Shown: positions 14,616 through 23,455 of the stretch, piece by piece
Layout: the number at the start of each line of letters is the position of its first letter
How positions within the stretch are numbered: the first letter of the stretch is position 1
Source of the DNA: Chitinivibrionia bacterium
GTDB taxonomy: Bacteria; Fibrobacterota; Chitinivibrionia; Chitinivibrionales; Chitinivibrionaceae
Length of the DNA: 32,000 bases
Assembly (NCBI GenBank): GCA_009779925.1
Contig: WRAZ01000019.1
Location: 1 to 32,000, forward strand
Direction: 5' to 3'
The notes under the pieces: generated by a model
Told to the model about the DNA's origin: nothing
What the model saw: the letters and a program-made list of their open reading frames with translations, nothing else
Databases searched by the model: none
Made by a program: the position numbers and the translations under genes

Positions 14616-15260
14616 ATGGGCGCTATCACGATTAAAAACGCCGCTTGGCAAGGATACAGGCACAAAGAAACAGGTGTTTTGGTGCATTATGATGCAGATA
14701 ACAAATCTGCTTTGCCAATACGGGCAACTGCCATCAAAAACGGAAAACAGGCGGACGTCGATCCAAATTATGAAACAGGAACTTACGGGCTTCACAGTTG
14801 TTCGGCAAGTCCGCACAGAGCAAAATTCGTAAAACAAAAATTCGGCTACGTATTTCTTATGACGAAATACCAAGGGACTAACGCAAAATTAAAAGACAAA
14901 TTTTTGGTCGTCGGATACTACAAAATCGGAAGCGTTGCCGACGTGCGCAATTTGCATTTGAGACATCTTGAAGATAACAGTTGCTTTTCCGAAAAACTTT
15001 GCTACGCGCTAAAGGCAAACGTTATGGAAAACGGCGAAAACGAAATTGTTTTAGTATCAGAGGAAGACGCGTTTGTGCTTAACGCCGCCGCATTAAAGTC
15101 GCTTGCAATCGACAAAAAAATAACCAAAGCGGCAAAAATCGAACTTGACGAAGACAAAACAAAGAAATTGTTGAAAAAATTTGAAGGCAAAGAAAACAAA
15201 GTCGCCGAGTACATAGCCAAAACACAATCAGCGTTGGAAGCGGCGAACGCCACAGCTTAG
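14616..15260 (+). CDS. 214-aa hypothetical protein (orphan; globular N-terminal part, K/E-rich helical tail)
   Basis: ATG with AGGAAAGGA upstream. I recognise no family with confidence. Conserved-looking stretch NYETGTYGLHSCSASPHRAKFVKQKFGYVFLMT. Confidence 0.6.
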   Translation: MGAITIKNAAWQGYRHKETGVLVHYDADNKSALPIRATAIKNGKQADVDPNYETGTYGLHSCSASPHRAKFVKQKFGYVFLMTKYQGTNAKLKDKFLVVGYYKIGSVADVRNLHLRHLEDNSCFSEKLCYALKANVMENGENEIVLVSEEDAFVLNAAALKSLAIDKKITKAAKIELDEDKTKKLLKKFEGKENKVAEYIAKTQSALEAANATA

Positions 15261-16540
15261 CCTTTGTGTGTTCGTCTGTAAAGGCGGTTAATTATTGTAT
15301 TTTTAATAAGCCGAGGTGAAAACCTGCTTATTTTGGGGAGAGGAGTTATTTCCTCTCCTGTTTTTTCTGGATAAAAGGTAATTGTCGGAAAATCCGAATT
15401 TACACTTGCGTTTTTACGCTCTTGCAAAAATCGGGCATACTCCAAAAAAGTCATTGGAAGTATCGGATATTTATTTGCCGCTTCAAAAATTTTGTTGAGA
15501 AGAGAAAACTCCTTGTGGTCGGGATGGTCATAAATAACAAACGGAATTTTGTAGCGAAATTGACGTGCAAAATAGCGTTCAAAAACCGCCGTTATTTTTC
15601 TTTCGTCCGTACAAACACTCCTAAAACTTCCCACGCAAAGCGGGAAAATCGGTATTTGCCAAAGTTTAGTCTCTTCAACCCAAAAAGGTAATGCGTCAGC
15701 CGCAAACGAGAAGTCCGATGAATACTCAAAATTATGCCTCTGCCTTAAAAAAACGTCGGCTCCTACGCGTCGCACTCCGTAAGGCGCACTGTACCCAAAC
15801 GGAGTTTTGCCGTTTTTAACAAGAAATTCTATACCTTTTTCGAGATTTTCGTTTGTAGGTTTAACTTTATGCGAGAAACAGTGCAAAGCAAATTCGTCGC
15901 TCTCCCCTGCCTTAAATATACCGCTGTCAATTAAGCCGTTGCAATGTACAAACCACGAAGTTTTAAGCGTTTCTTTACATTTAATATCGGCATAATAATT
16001 TTCGATTGTATCGCGGTCGCAAAAATCGGTATCTACTCTAAATAAAAGCGGTATTTTTTCAGGGTCGGGAGAAAACGATTTCAGTGTAAGCGGTAAACCC
16101 TGAGAATGAAATAATCTTTTGAGCAACAATATAAAGAGTCGCTGTAAGCCGCCAAGGTCTCTGAGCGGAATTTCTTCGGCTGGAAGTTTCTTTTGCCCTA
16201 CAAAATAACCTTTGCGTATCACAGGAAATTGCCGAGTTAAATTCATTGGAATTGAGGTTATTAGCGACAAGTTTTCAACAAATGAAAAAACATCGACTTG
16301 TTCATCGGAAAGCATAAAACTTAAAACAAATTTTTTGCGTTTTTTTTGTGTAAAGTCAAGAATTGTTTGCTCTTTTTTGAAGAAATTCGACGATACTTTT
16401 TCAAACAAAAACACGTGCGAAAAATCACACAACAGGCTCTCGTTCTCTATTTTTTCGTATATAACTCCACAGGAATTCAAAAAAGAGATAATATCGCTTT
16501 TTGCTCGCCAAACGCCGATTGATGCGCCGTTTTTCGTCAT
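15257..16540 (-). CDS. Polysaccharide deacetylase (CE4/ArnD-like) domain protein with an unknown N-terminal domain
   Basis: 427 aa. LLFRVDTDF (R-x-D-x-D, ArnD-like motif 1) and LHCFSH (H-x3-H metal motif). The first ~165 aa are unassigned. Confidence 0.5.
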   Translation of the reverse strand: MTKNGASIGVWRAKSDIISFLNSCGVIYEKIENESLLCDFSHVFLFEKVSSNFFKKEQTILDFTQKKRKKFVLSFMLSDEQVDVFSFVENLSLITSIPMNLTRQFPVIRKGYFVGQKKLPAEEIPLRDLGGLQRLFILLLKRLFHSQGLPLTLKSFSPDPEKIPLLFRVDTDFCDRDTIENYYADIKCKETLKTSWFVHCNGLIDSGIFKAGESDEFALHCFSHKVKPTNENLEKGIEFLVKNGKTPFGYSAPYGVRRVGADVFLRQRHNFEYSSDFSFAADALPFWVEETKLWQIPIFPLCVGSFRSVCTDERKITAVFERYFARQFRYKIPFVIYDHPDHKEFSLLNKIFEAANKYPILPMTFLEYARFLQERKNASVNSDFPTITFYPEKTGEEITPLPKISRFSPRLIKNTIINRLYRRTHKG

Positions 16541-16547
16541 AAGAAAT

Positions 16548-17132
16548 CTAACCGATTACAAAAGCCTTGCTGAAAAGCGGCGTCTTGGTTTCGGACGATA
16601 AAACTCTGAAAATGTAAATGCCCTTTTTTAATTTATCACCGCGAATGCTGATAAATTTCTGCTCTGATTTTGTCTGAACTTCAAAAACCTGATTACCTTC
16701 AAGGCACAGAATTTGAATTGTTTTTTCTTCGTTTGTGTTTATAAATTGACAAGTAATAAGGGCGTTTTCGTCAAGAGTAAACATAATTCGCGGAAGTCCG
16801 TCTTTAAGCATCTGCTCTGTTATTACCGTCTCAAAACTAAGCTCATCAACAAAAATATTTTCTGTAAATTGAACGATAACTTCTTCTGCCGGTTCTTCTG
16901 TTATTTGTGTTTCTTTAACGGCAATTGTTTCTTCTGCAACAACCACATATTCTGCCGAGAAGAGTTCTTCTATAGCGGAAATATCGTCTTCTTCGTCATT
17001 ATTAAGCATTGCTTCTTCAACATTATCAATATCGAAATCGTCTTCTATAGCCTCGGCGCTAAGTGCTTCAACTGCAAAATCCGATGCAAAGACTGCAGTT
17101 GATAAAAGCAATATTAAAAAAAGTTTTTTCAT
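16548..17132 (-). CDS. Secreted acidic protein with a T9SS-type C-terminal sorting domain
   Basis: Signal peptide MKKLFLILLLSTAVFA, a long D/E-rich region, and a C-terminal ~70 aa ending ...KLKKGIYIFRVLSSETKTPLFSKAFVIG, which resembles the Por/T9SS CTD pattern. Confidence 0.55.
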   Translation of the reverse strand: MKKLFLILLLSTAVFASDFAVEALSAEAIEDDFDIDNVEEAMLNNDEEDDISAIEELFSAEYVVVAEETIAVKETQITEEPAEEVIVQFTENIFVDELSFETVITEQMLKDGLPRIMFTLDENALITCQFINTNEEKTIQILCLEGNQVFEVQTKSEQKFISIRGDKLKKGIYIFRVLSSETKTPLFSKAFVIG

Positions 17133-18029
17133 TTATTCTAATCCTCTTAAAAGTAAATCTTCCAATTCAGCCGCAAGTTCGTCGCATTCGGCTTCTTCTA
17201 TTTTAATTTTTGTCCAGCATTTAAATGATGCGATTGCCTGCCAAATAAGCATACGAAGCCCGTTTTGCGTACGATTTCCGTTTAATCGAGCCTCACGCAA
17301 TAATTTTGTTTCAAGCGGGTTGTAAATTGCGTCGTAAATATATGTTTTGGAGTTAAGCGCGCAAATATCAATCGGCGACTCATCAATATTCGGATGCAGT
17401 CCTACCGAAGTGCAGTTTATTATGATGTCAGCTTCACCAATCACCCCATTTGCATTTTCAAATGTAGAATAAAAAACGGAGTAATTTGTTTTATGATTTA
17501 CCTCATCCGCAAGTTCTTTTAATTTTTGCGGGTTTCTGCCGACTAAAGTCAGTGATTTGGGCTGAGAAGAGAACGGCAACGGAGGATTTGTCGCCAAAGA
17601 CATTGCTATTGTCCGCGCAGTTCCGCCGTTTCCTAAAATAACAACGTTTTTCCCTTTATCTATGAAGAATTTATCTTTTATCAATGCCATACTAAAGCCA
17701 AAAAAATCTGTTGTTGTTGCGCAAACTTCTCCGTTTTCCCAATATAAGGTATTCGCCGCGCCTATAATATGCGAGTCGAGAATAACTTCGTCAGCTAAAG
17801 GAAGGATTGCCGATTTATGAGGAATTGTAATATTACAACCAAGGTATTTTTCATCCCTGAATTTCTTTACAAAACTCTCCAAATCTGCTTCGCTCTCAAC
17901 TAAAAACGGTTGATATATTGCATCTATTTTATAGCGAGTAAAAAGAAAGTTGTGAATTTTAGGCGACAATGAGTGGGCTATCGGATTTCCCACAATTCCC
18001 GCAATTTTTGTATTTCCTGTTATATTCAT
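17133..18029 (-). CDS. aroE: Shikimate dehydrogenase
   Basis: MNITGNTKIAGIVGNPIAHSLSPKIHN, NITIPHK, GAANT and TTDFFG motifs. ATG 18029 behind GGGGAG is preferred over the track's GTG at 18035. Confidence 0.9.
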   Translation of the reverse strand: MNITGNTKIAGIVGNPIAHSLSPKIHNFLFTRYKIDAIYQPFLVESEADLESFVKKFRDEKYLGCNITIPHKSAILPLADEVILDSHIIGAANTLYWENGEVCATTTDFFGFSMALIKDKFFIDKGKNVVILGNGGTARTIAMSLATNPPLPFSSQPKSLTLVGRNPQKLKELADEVNHKTNYSVFYSTFENANGVIGEADIIINCTSVGLHPNIDESPIDICALNSKTYIYDAIYNPLETKLLREARLNGNRTQNGLRMLIWQAIASFKCWTKIKIEEAECDELAAELEDLLLRGLE

Positions 18030-18117
18030 TTGCACTCCCCTATTGCCAAAAACTATTTTAATTAAAAATTAAACAGGTAGAAAATATTTTTTGCCGCCCA
18101 AAGAAAGGAGATTTTTT

Positions 18118-18402
18118 ATGTCTTCGGTTAAAAAGAGTGATTTGGTTTCCAAAATTTCGGCGCAAACAGGGCTTGCCGCCGTCGATACAAAAATCATTGT
18201 CGATGAACTTGTCAATGCAATATCCCTTGAATTGGAAAACGGCAACACAATAGAATTGCGCGGTTTTGCAACGTTCAGCGTAAAAAATCGCCGTCCGAGA
18301 ATTGCACGAAACATAACAACAGGCGAACAGGTAAGCGTTCCCGCCAAAAAAGATATTGTTATGAAGCCAAGCAAACATTTAAAAGAAATGGTCGATAAAT
18401 GA
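18118..18402 (+). CDS. HU/IHF-family DNA-binding protein
   Basis: ATG 18118 behind AAAGGAG. 94 aa with LRGFATFSVKNRRPRIARNITTGEQVSVPAKK (beta-arm). The stop overlaps the next ATG (ATGA). Confidence 0.85.
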   Translation: MSSVKKSDLVSKISAQTGLAAVDTKIIVDELVNAISLELENGNTIELRGFATFSVKNRRPRIARNITTGEQVSVPAKKDIVMKPSKHLKEMVDK

Positions 18403-19145
18403 GTATTTACAAGCAAATAAAAGAAAAGTGCGACAAAAAACAAAAGCAATACTGGATTTTGCTTGACCCTGACGATTTTTTGAGCGCAGAAGCGGCAGAT
18501 ATTGTAAAAACCGCTGAAGAAGCAGGAGCAACCGCGGTTTTGATAGGCGGTTCGTTTATTCACGGCGACGGCTTACTTGCTGAGTTTATTGCTGAAATTA
18601 AGCAAAAATCAACTATTCCGATAATTCTTTTCCCCGGCGATGCTTCGCAAATTGCCGAAAATGCAGACGCAATTCTTTTTATGTCGCTTATTTCGGGCAG
18701 AAACCCTGATTTTTTGATAGGACAGCAAATAAAAGGCGCGGTAAAAATAGCCAAAACCAAAGTCGAGCCGATTTCTATGGGATATATGCTTGTTGAAAGC
18801 GGAACTACAACGTCGGTAGAATTTATGAGCAATACGAGACCTCTTCCCCGAGAAAAGCCCGAAATTGCCGCGGCGCACGCCCTTGCGGCACAGTTTTTGG
18901 GAATGAGTATGATTTATTTAGAAGCAGGAAGCGGCGCAAAATTCAGTGTCTCCGAAGAAATGATAACCGCTGTAAAAAGATGTGTGAAAATCCCCGTAAT
19001 TGTAGGCGGCGGAATAAGAGATGCTGAAACAGCGAAACAAAAACTTGCGGCAGGTGCTGATATTATTATAACAGGAAACCTGCTTTCATCGTGTGGCGGT
19101 TTAGATGAAATGAAAAAAATTGCGGAAACAATAAGAGAATTTTAG
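18399..19145 (+). CDS. Geranylgeranylglyceryl / heptaprenylglyceryl phosphate synthase family (PcrB/GGGPS)
   Basis: 248 aa. WILLDPD, LIGGS, ILFPG, YLEAGSGA and VIVGGGIR are the GGGPS TIM-barrel motifs as I recall them. Confidence 0.8.
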   Translation: MSIYKQIKEKCDKKQKQYWILLDPDDFLSAEAADIVKTAEEAGATAVLIGGSFIHGDGLLAEFIAEIKQKSTIPIILFPGDASQIAENADAILFMSLISGRNPDFLIGQQIKGAVKIAKTKVEPISMGYMLVESGTTTSVEFMSNTRPLPREKPEIAAAHALAAQFLGMSMIYLEAGSGAKFSVSEEMITAVKRCVKIPVIVGGGIRDAETAKQKLAAGADIIITGNLLSSCGGLDEMKKIAETIREF

Positions 19146-19152
19146 AAAAAAA

Positions 19153-21399
19153 TCAATAAATTCTTTTAGGCGGCAAATTTCTTTGCACCGACGAAACTCC
19201 CTTAATTTTTTTGATGTCTTTAATCAGCTCGTTTAGTTCTGTCAGCGATTTTATTTTTACTAAGATTAAAAGCTTTGCTACGCCTGTGCCTTTGCGATAA
19301 TCACAGCTTTCTAATTTTATATTTTTAGCTTCTATAACCTTCGCAACATCCATACAAACATTACCTTGGTCAAGACCTAAAATTTTTAATTCCTGCGAAA
19401 ATATACCGAAATCACCGCTCTGCGCCCAAGTACAGTAAATCGCCCTGCTGTTGTCGTCTGCAAAAATAAATGCGGCTTCACAGTTTTCTCTGTGAATGCT
19501 TATTCCGCGATCGCCGTTTGTGTTAAAACCTATTATTTTATCGCCGGGCAACGGATTACAGCAAACGCCGGGACGAATAGTATTTGTGTTTTTAAACGAT
19601 TCGATAACCGTTTTGTTTATTCCTTTGCCGCCTTTAATCCAATGAGCAAATTTTTCAAGGCTCTCTTGCGCTGTTATGCTTTTTGTGAAATCCAAAATAT
19701 TGTCAACCGTTATTTCACCCGAATATATTTTTTCATAAAGTACTTTTTCTTCATAAAAACCAAAATATTTCAGAATTTCTTCGCGATATTTTTCAAAACT
19801 CATAGGCTTGTTCAAATGGTCGTAAGCGCCTATCAACAAATTAAAAGCCCTATCCGTTTTATCGTCAACTTCTATCCGTTGAAGATATTTTTTTATAGAT
19901 ATTTTCGCCATTGGGGTTTTTACTATAGAAAGCCATTCAATACTGGGTTTTGAGTCTGTGCTTGTCAGAATATTTACAGTTTCATTGTTGTATAATCTTC
20001 GGCTTATCGGCATAATTTTTCCGTTTATTACAGCGCCACTGCACTTGTTCCCCTTTTGTTTATCAATATAATAAGCGAAATCAAGAACAGTAGAACCTTC
20101 GGGAAGTTTTACGACTTTTCCGCCTTTTTGAGAATAAACCGTTATTTCGTTCTCTCCCATCCCGCTTTTCAACACGCTCAAAAACTCCGACGAGTCAGTA
20201 AATTCTTTCTCCCAAATCGGAAATTCGTCAAGCCATTTTAATTTTTTATCGGTGCTTTTGTAGCCGCTGTGAGCCGCAAAGCCGTATTCCGATTCAAGAT
20301 CCATTAACCAAGTTCTTATTTGAATTTCTACCTGATGCCCTGTTTCATCGTCAACAAGCGTCGTATGGAGCGATTTATATCCGTTATCCTTGGGAATAGC
20401 TATGTAATCCTTGATTTTATCGCCGATTGGACGCCAAACACTGTGCAAAAGTCCCAAAACCCTATAACAATCAATATCGTCTTTGCAGACTATTCGGCAA
20501 CCTAAAACATCGTAAATTTCGTCGTATGGAACTTCGCGGTCAATATGTTTGCGAAAAATTGAATGTACGCTTTTAACACGTCCCGTAGCCTTGTACCCGT
20601 GTACATAATTAGCATTCAAAGTTTCGTGGATTTTATCTAAAAAATTCTTTATAACACTTTTGTTTACTTCATCTTGTAAATTTAATTTTTCGCGAATTTG
20701 CTCATACTCCTTAGGATAAGCATATTCCATAGATATGTCTTCAAGTTTGCTTTTCAGGGTATAAACACCCATTTCAGCGGCAAGCGGAGCATAAATAGTT
20801 AAGGTTTCTTCGGCAATTTTCTTGCGTTTTTCAGGACTAAGCGCACCAAGCGTCGATAAATTATGAAGACGATCCACAAGTTTTACCATAATCGTTCTGG
20901 GGTTTCGCGATGTCGCCAAAAGTGTTTTTCTGTATGTTTCGGCAACGCTGTTTTCCTTTTGCGCCTCACTTTTTTCTTCCATTGTCGTAACCTTGGTAAC
21001 ACCGTCAACAATGTCGGCGACTTCTTTGCCTAAGACTTCTTCTATGTTGTCGCGGTTGTATATGGTATCCTCTACCACATCGTGAAGCAGAGCGGCGCAA
21101 ATCGTCATTGTATCTTGTCTGAGTTTAGTAAGCATTACCGCCACTGCAATCGGATGAATTATATATGGCTCTCCGGATTTTCTTTTTTGGACTTTGTGCG
21201 CTATAAACGCAAAGCGATACGCTTTTGCGATTTGCTTTAAGTCTAACGGATGACGTAAATCAATAGCTAATCCTTCTATCTTACTCATAAATGTACTGAT
21301 AGAATCGTTAATATTATCGTACGGAATAAATCCTGAAATATCCCGCATCAAAAAATCATCGTTATCTTTATATTCCGGTTTGTCTTTTTCATCCAACAA
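19153..21399 (-). CDS. rel: Bifunctional (p)ppGpp synthetase/hydrolase Rel/SpoT
   Basis: HD hydrolase (HDVVEDT), synthetase (GRVKSVHSIFRK, YKSLHTT, VEIQIRTWLMD), TGS and a C-terminal ACT-like region. The track start is a TTG that overlaps the upstream gene; the first ATG is 17 codons in, so the start is uncertain. Confidence 0.93.
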   Translation of the reverse strand: MLDEKDKPEYKDNDDFLMRDISGFIPYDNINDSISTFMSKIEGLAIDLRHPLDLKQIAKAYRFAFIAHKVQKRKSGEPYIIHPIAVAVMLTKLRQDTMTICAALLHDVVEDTIYNRDNIEEVLGKEVADIVDGVTKVTTMEEKSEAQKENSVAETYRKTLLATSRNPRTIMVKLVDRLHNLSTLGALSPEKRKKIAEETLTIYAPLAAEMGVYTLKSKLEDISMEYAYPKEYEQIREKLNLQDEVNKSVIKNFLDKIHETLNANYVHGYKATGRVKSVHSIFRKHIDREVPYDEIYDVLGCRIVCKDDIDCYRVLGLLHSVWRPIGDKIKDYIAIPKDNGYKSLHTTLVDDETGHQVEIQIRTWLMDLESEYGFAAHSGYKSTDKKLKWLDEFPIWEKEFTDSSEFLSVLKSGMGENEITVYSQKGGKVVKLPEGSTVLDFAYYIDKQKGNKCSGAVINGKIMPISRRLYNNETVNILTSTDSKPSIEWLSIVKTPMAKISIKKYLQRIEVDDKTDRAFNLLIGAYDHLNKPMSFEKYREEILKYFGFYEEKVLYEKIYSGEITVDNILDFTKSITAQESLEKFAHWIKGGKGINKTVIESFKNTNTIRPGVCCNPLPGDKIIGFNTNGDRGISIHRENCEAAFIFADDNSRAIYCTWAQSGDFGIFSQELKILGLDQGNVCMDVAKVIEAKNIKLESCDYRKGTGVAKLLILVKIKSLTELNELIKDIKKIKGVSSVQRNLPPKRIY

Positions 21400-23437
21400 G
21401 GTTCTTTTTTTCCTTTCTTAACTCAGAAAGTTTGCCTTCTACTTCGCCAAGTAAAAATCTCAGCTCGCTTGCTTTTTCAACTGCCGACATAATTTCTTTT
21501 TCGTCGTTTTTGAGTATGGAAATTCTTGCATTTACGTCATCGGATAAAAGCGAAAGTTTGTCTATTTCTTCTTCGAGAGCGGCTACCTGTCCTTCTTTTT
21601 GTCTCAATACGTCAATTCTGTTTTCTATTGTATTAAGAATTTTCAGCGCCATATCGGATTTTTCCTTGACCTCGCTAACTGCCTTAAGATGTCCTTCAAG
21701 AATTGAAATATCATCGTTTATTTTTGCAACCATTGCTGTCAGGGCTTCCATTTTTTCGTTTGCTTTGTCTATCTTTTTATGTCCCGCATCAACAGCTTCC
21801 AAACGGTATTCTATGTTTGCCACAAGGTTGTCCACATTTGAAATACGCGCGTCCACAGCTTCAATTCTGCCGCTTCTGAGCGAAATCTGCTCCATTTCTT
21901 GCTTCAGACCGTTAAGCAAAGTTCTCACTTCAGAGACGCGTTTTTCCGCCTCCGACACAAGTTCTTTGTCAACCTCAATTTTTATTATATGCTCGTTATA
22001 TTCTTTCTGAACGCTCTTGAATTTTTCTTCATTACTACCTATTTTTGCTTCAAAATCTGAAACCGCTGCGTTAAATTTATCCAAAACTCTTTGCGAATTT
22101 TCTGTTTTTAATTTTACGGTCGTATCAAACTGCTCAAATTCGTTTTTAGTATTTGCCAAAGCGTCTTTTTCAACGTTAAGTCTTTCAAGCAATTTCTTTG
22201 CCTCTGCGCCTTGAGCCGAAAGGGAGTCAAAGGAGGCTTCCACAAGCGTCAATCGTTCTTTTTCTTTTTCAACAACCTGCATCTTCATATTTACGTCGCC
22301 GAGCAAATAATTTAGTTGGTCAAGACGCGCTTCTGTTTTCTCTACTATGGTATTTCTTTCGGATTGCGCCTCTATTTTTGCGTTAATATCCGCCACCATA
22401 TCATCAAGTCCCGAAAGTTTCTGACTCACTTCTTCAACCATTAAAATTCGCTCGTTAATCTCTTCTATGCGCATTTTAGCAGTATTGGAAAGCACGGAAA
22501 GTTCGTCAAATTGCGCTGAAATCGCCGACAAATCCTGCTCGCGTTTCATAAGTGCGTTTGCGCGCTCTTCCAACTCTTTTTCTTTCAGAAGAATTTCATC
22601 GACCTTTTCGAGCATTACTCGTATTCTTTTTTCCGAAGCGGAAATATGCTCCTGTTTTTCTTCGACGCTTTTCTCAAGAATTGTTAAATTATCAAGTTTT
22701 GCTTCTATTTCATCTATTCTGCTTTCGGTTTTGGACAAAACGTCCTGCCGCGCTTCAAAACGAGTAATCCGCGTTTCAAAGGTTTCCATTCTTTGCGACA
22801 AGGAATCCAACGCCTTTATATCGTTGTCCGTCTCGACAATTCTCTGTTTTATCCTGTCTATACTTTTTTCGTAATCTATAATTTTAAGCAGAGTTGCTTC
22901 CATATTTTTTTGATGCTGGTCAATGGTGTCGGCAAGCGATTTGGCATTTCGCCCCATATTGTAAACTTCGGTGATATTTTGTTGCGAACTTTTTATTTCG
23001 CTCGAATTTGTCCTTAATTCGTCCGCCAAGCCCTTAACATCGTCGCATATAGTCTGAATTTCGTTGCGCCTTTGAGACGTATTATTTAACTCCGACAGAA
23101 AATTACGAACGTCATCAAGCCCTGTTTTGCTTTGACTGAATAAAATCTCGAGGCGAGAAATATTTTTTTCTATTTTACTCAACTCCGAATATTTTTGTTC
23201 CAAATGTTTAAGGTCGCTGTCTATTTTCCAAGTCAGCGTATTAAGTCGCCCTGCCTCTTCGGTCGCTTTTTCCACGACGACTTCCTGACGACGCAAACCG
23301 CTTATTTTGTTGCTGATATGCTCAACAAGCGAATTTAATTGTTCGACCTTGTCCTTGGTCAGTTTATATAATTGTAAATCCTTCTCGAGCGCCTCGACAG
23401 GACTTTCTTCTTTCGCAGCCTTAGAAAAAATTGCCAT
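21389..23437 (-). CDS. 682-aa coiled-coil protein, function unknown
   Basis: Long uninterrupted ORF with heptad-like E/K/L-rich composition throughout and no enzymatic motif seen. ATG 23437. Confidence 0.7.
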   Translation of the reverse strand: MAIFSKAAKEESPVEALEKDLQLYKLTKDKVEQLNSLVEHISNKISGLRRQEVVVEKATEEAGRLNTLTWKIDSDLKHLEQKYSELSKIEKNISRLEILFSQSKTGLDDVRNFLSELNNTSQRRNEIQTICDDVKGLADELRTNSSEIKSSQQNITEVYNMGRNAKSLADTIDQHQKNMEATLLKIIDYEKSIDRIKQRIVETDNDIKALDSLSQRMETFETRITRFEARQDVLSKTESRIDEIEAKLDNLTILEKSVEEKQEHISASEKRIRVMLEKVDEILLKEKELEERANALMKREQDLSAISAQFDELSVLSNTAKMRIEEINERILMVEEVSQKLSGLDDMVADINAKIEAQSERNTIVEKTEARLDQLNYLLGDVNMKMQVVEKEKERLTLVEASFDSLSAQGAEAKKLLERLNVEKDALANTKNEFEQFDTTVKLKTENSQRVLDKFNAAVSDFEAKIGSNEEKFKSVQKEYNEHIIKIEVDKELVSEAEKRVSEVRTLLNGLKQEMEQISLRSGRIEAVDARISNVDNLVANIEYRLEAVDAGHKKIDKANEKMEALTAMVAKINDDISILEGHLKAVSEVKEKSDMALKILNTIENRIDVLRQKEGQVAALEEEIDKLSLLSDDVNARISILKNDEKEIMSAVEKASELRFLLGEVEGKLSELRKEKKNLVG

Positions 23438-23455
23438 ATTTTACCTACTCTCCGA

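Noticed and set aside
14539-14832. TTG-initiated 97-aa ORF overlapping the start of the 214-aa gene
   Set aside because: It reads straight through the leader terminator and overlaps the better-supported ATG/RBS frame.
18069-18563. 164-aa minus-strand ORF (and 18058..18378) opposite the HU and GGGPS genes
   Set aside because: It is antisense to two genes with clear family motifs.
21432-22874. Several plus-strand Ser/Phe-rich ORFs (21432..22010, 22467..22874 and others)
   Set aside because: They are the antisense shadow of the E/K/L-rich coiled-coil gene. The composition is the mirror image of that gene.
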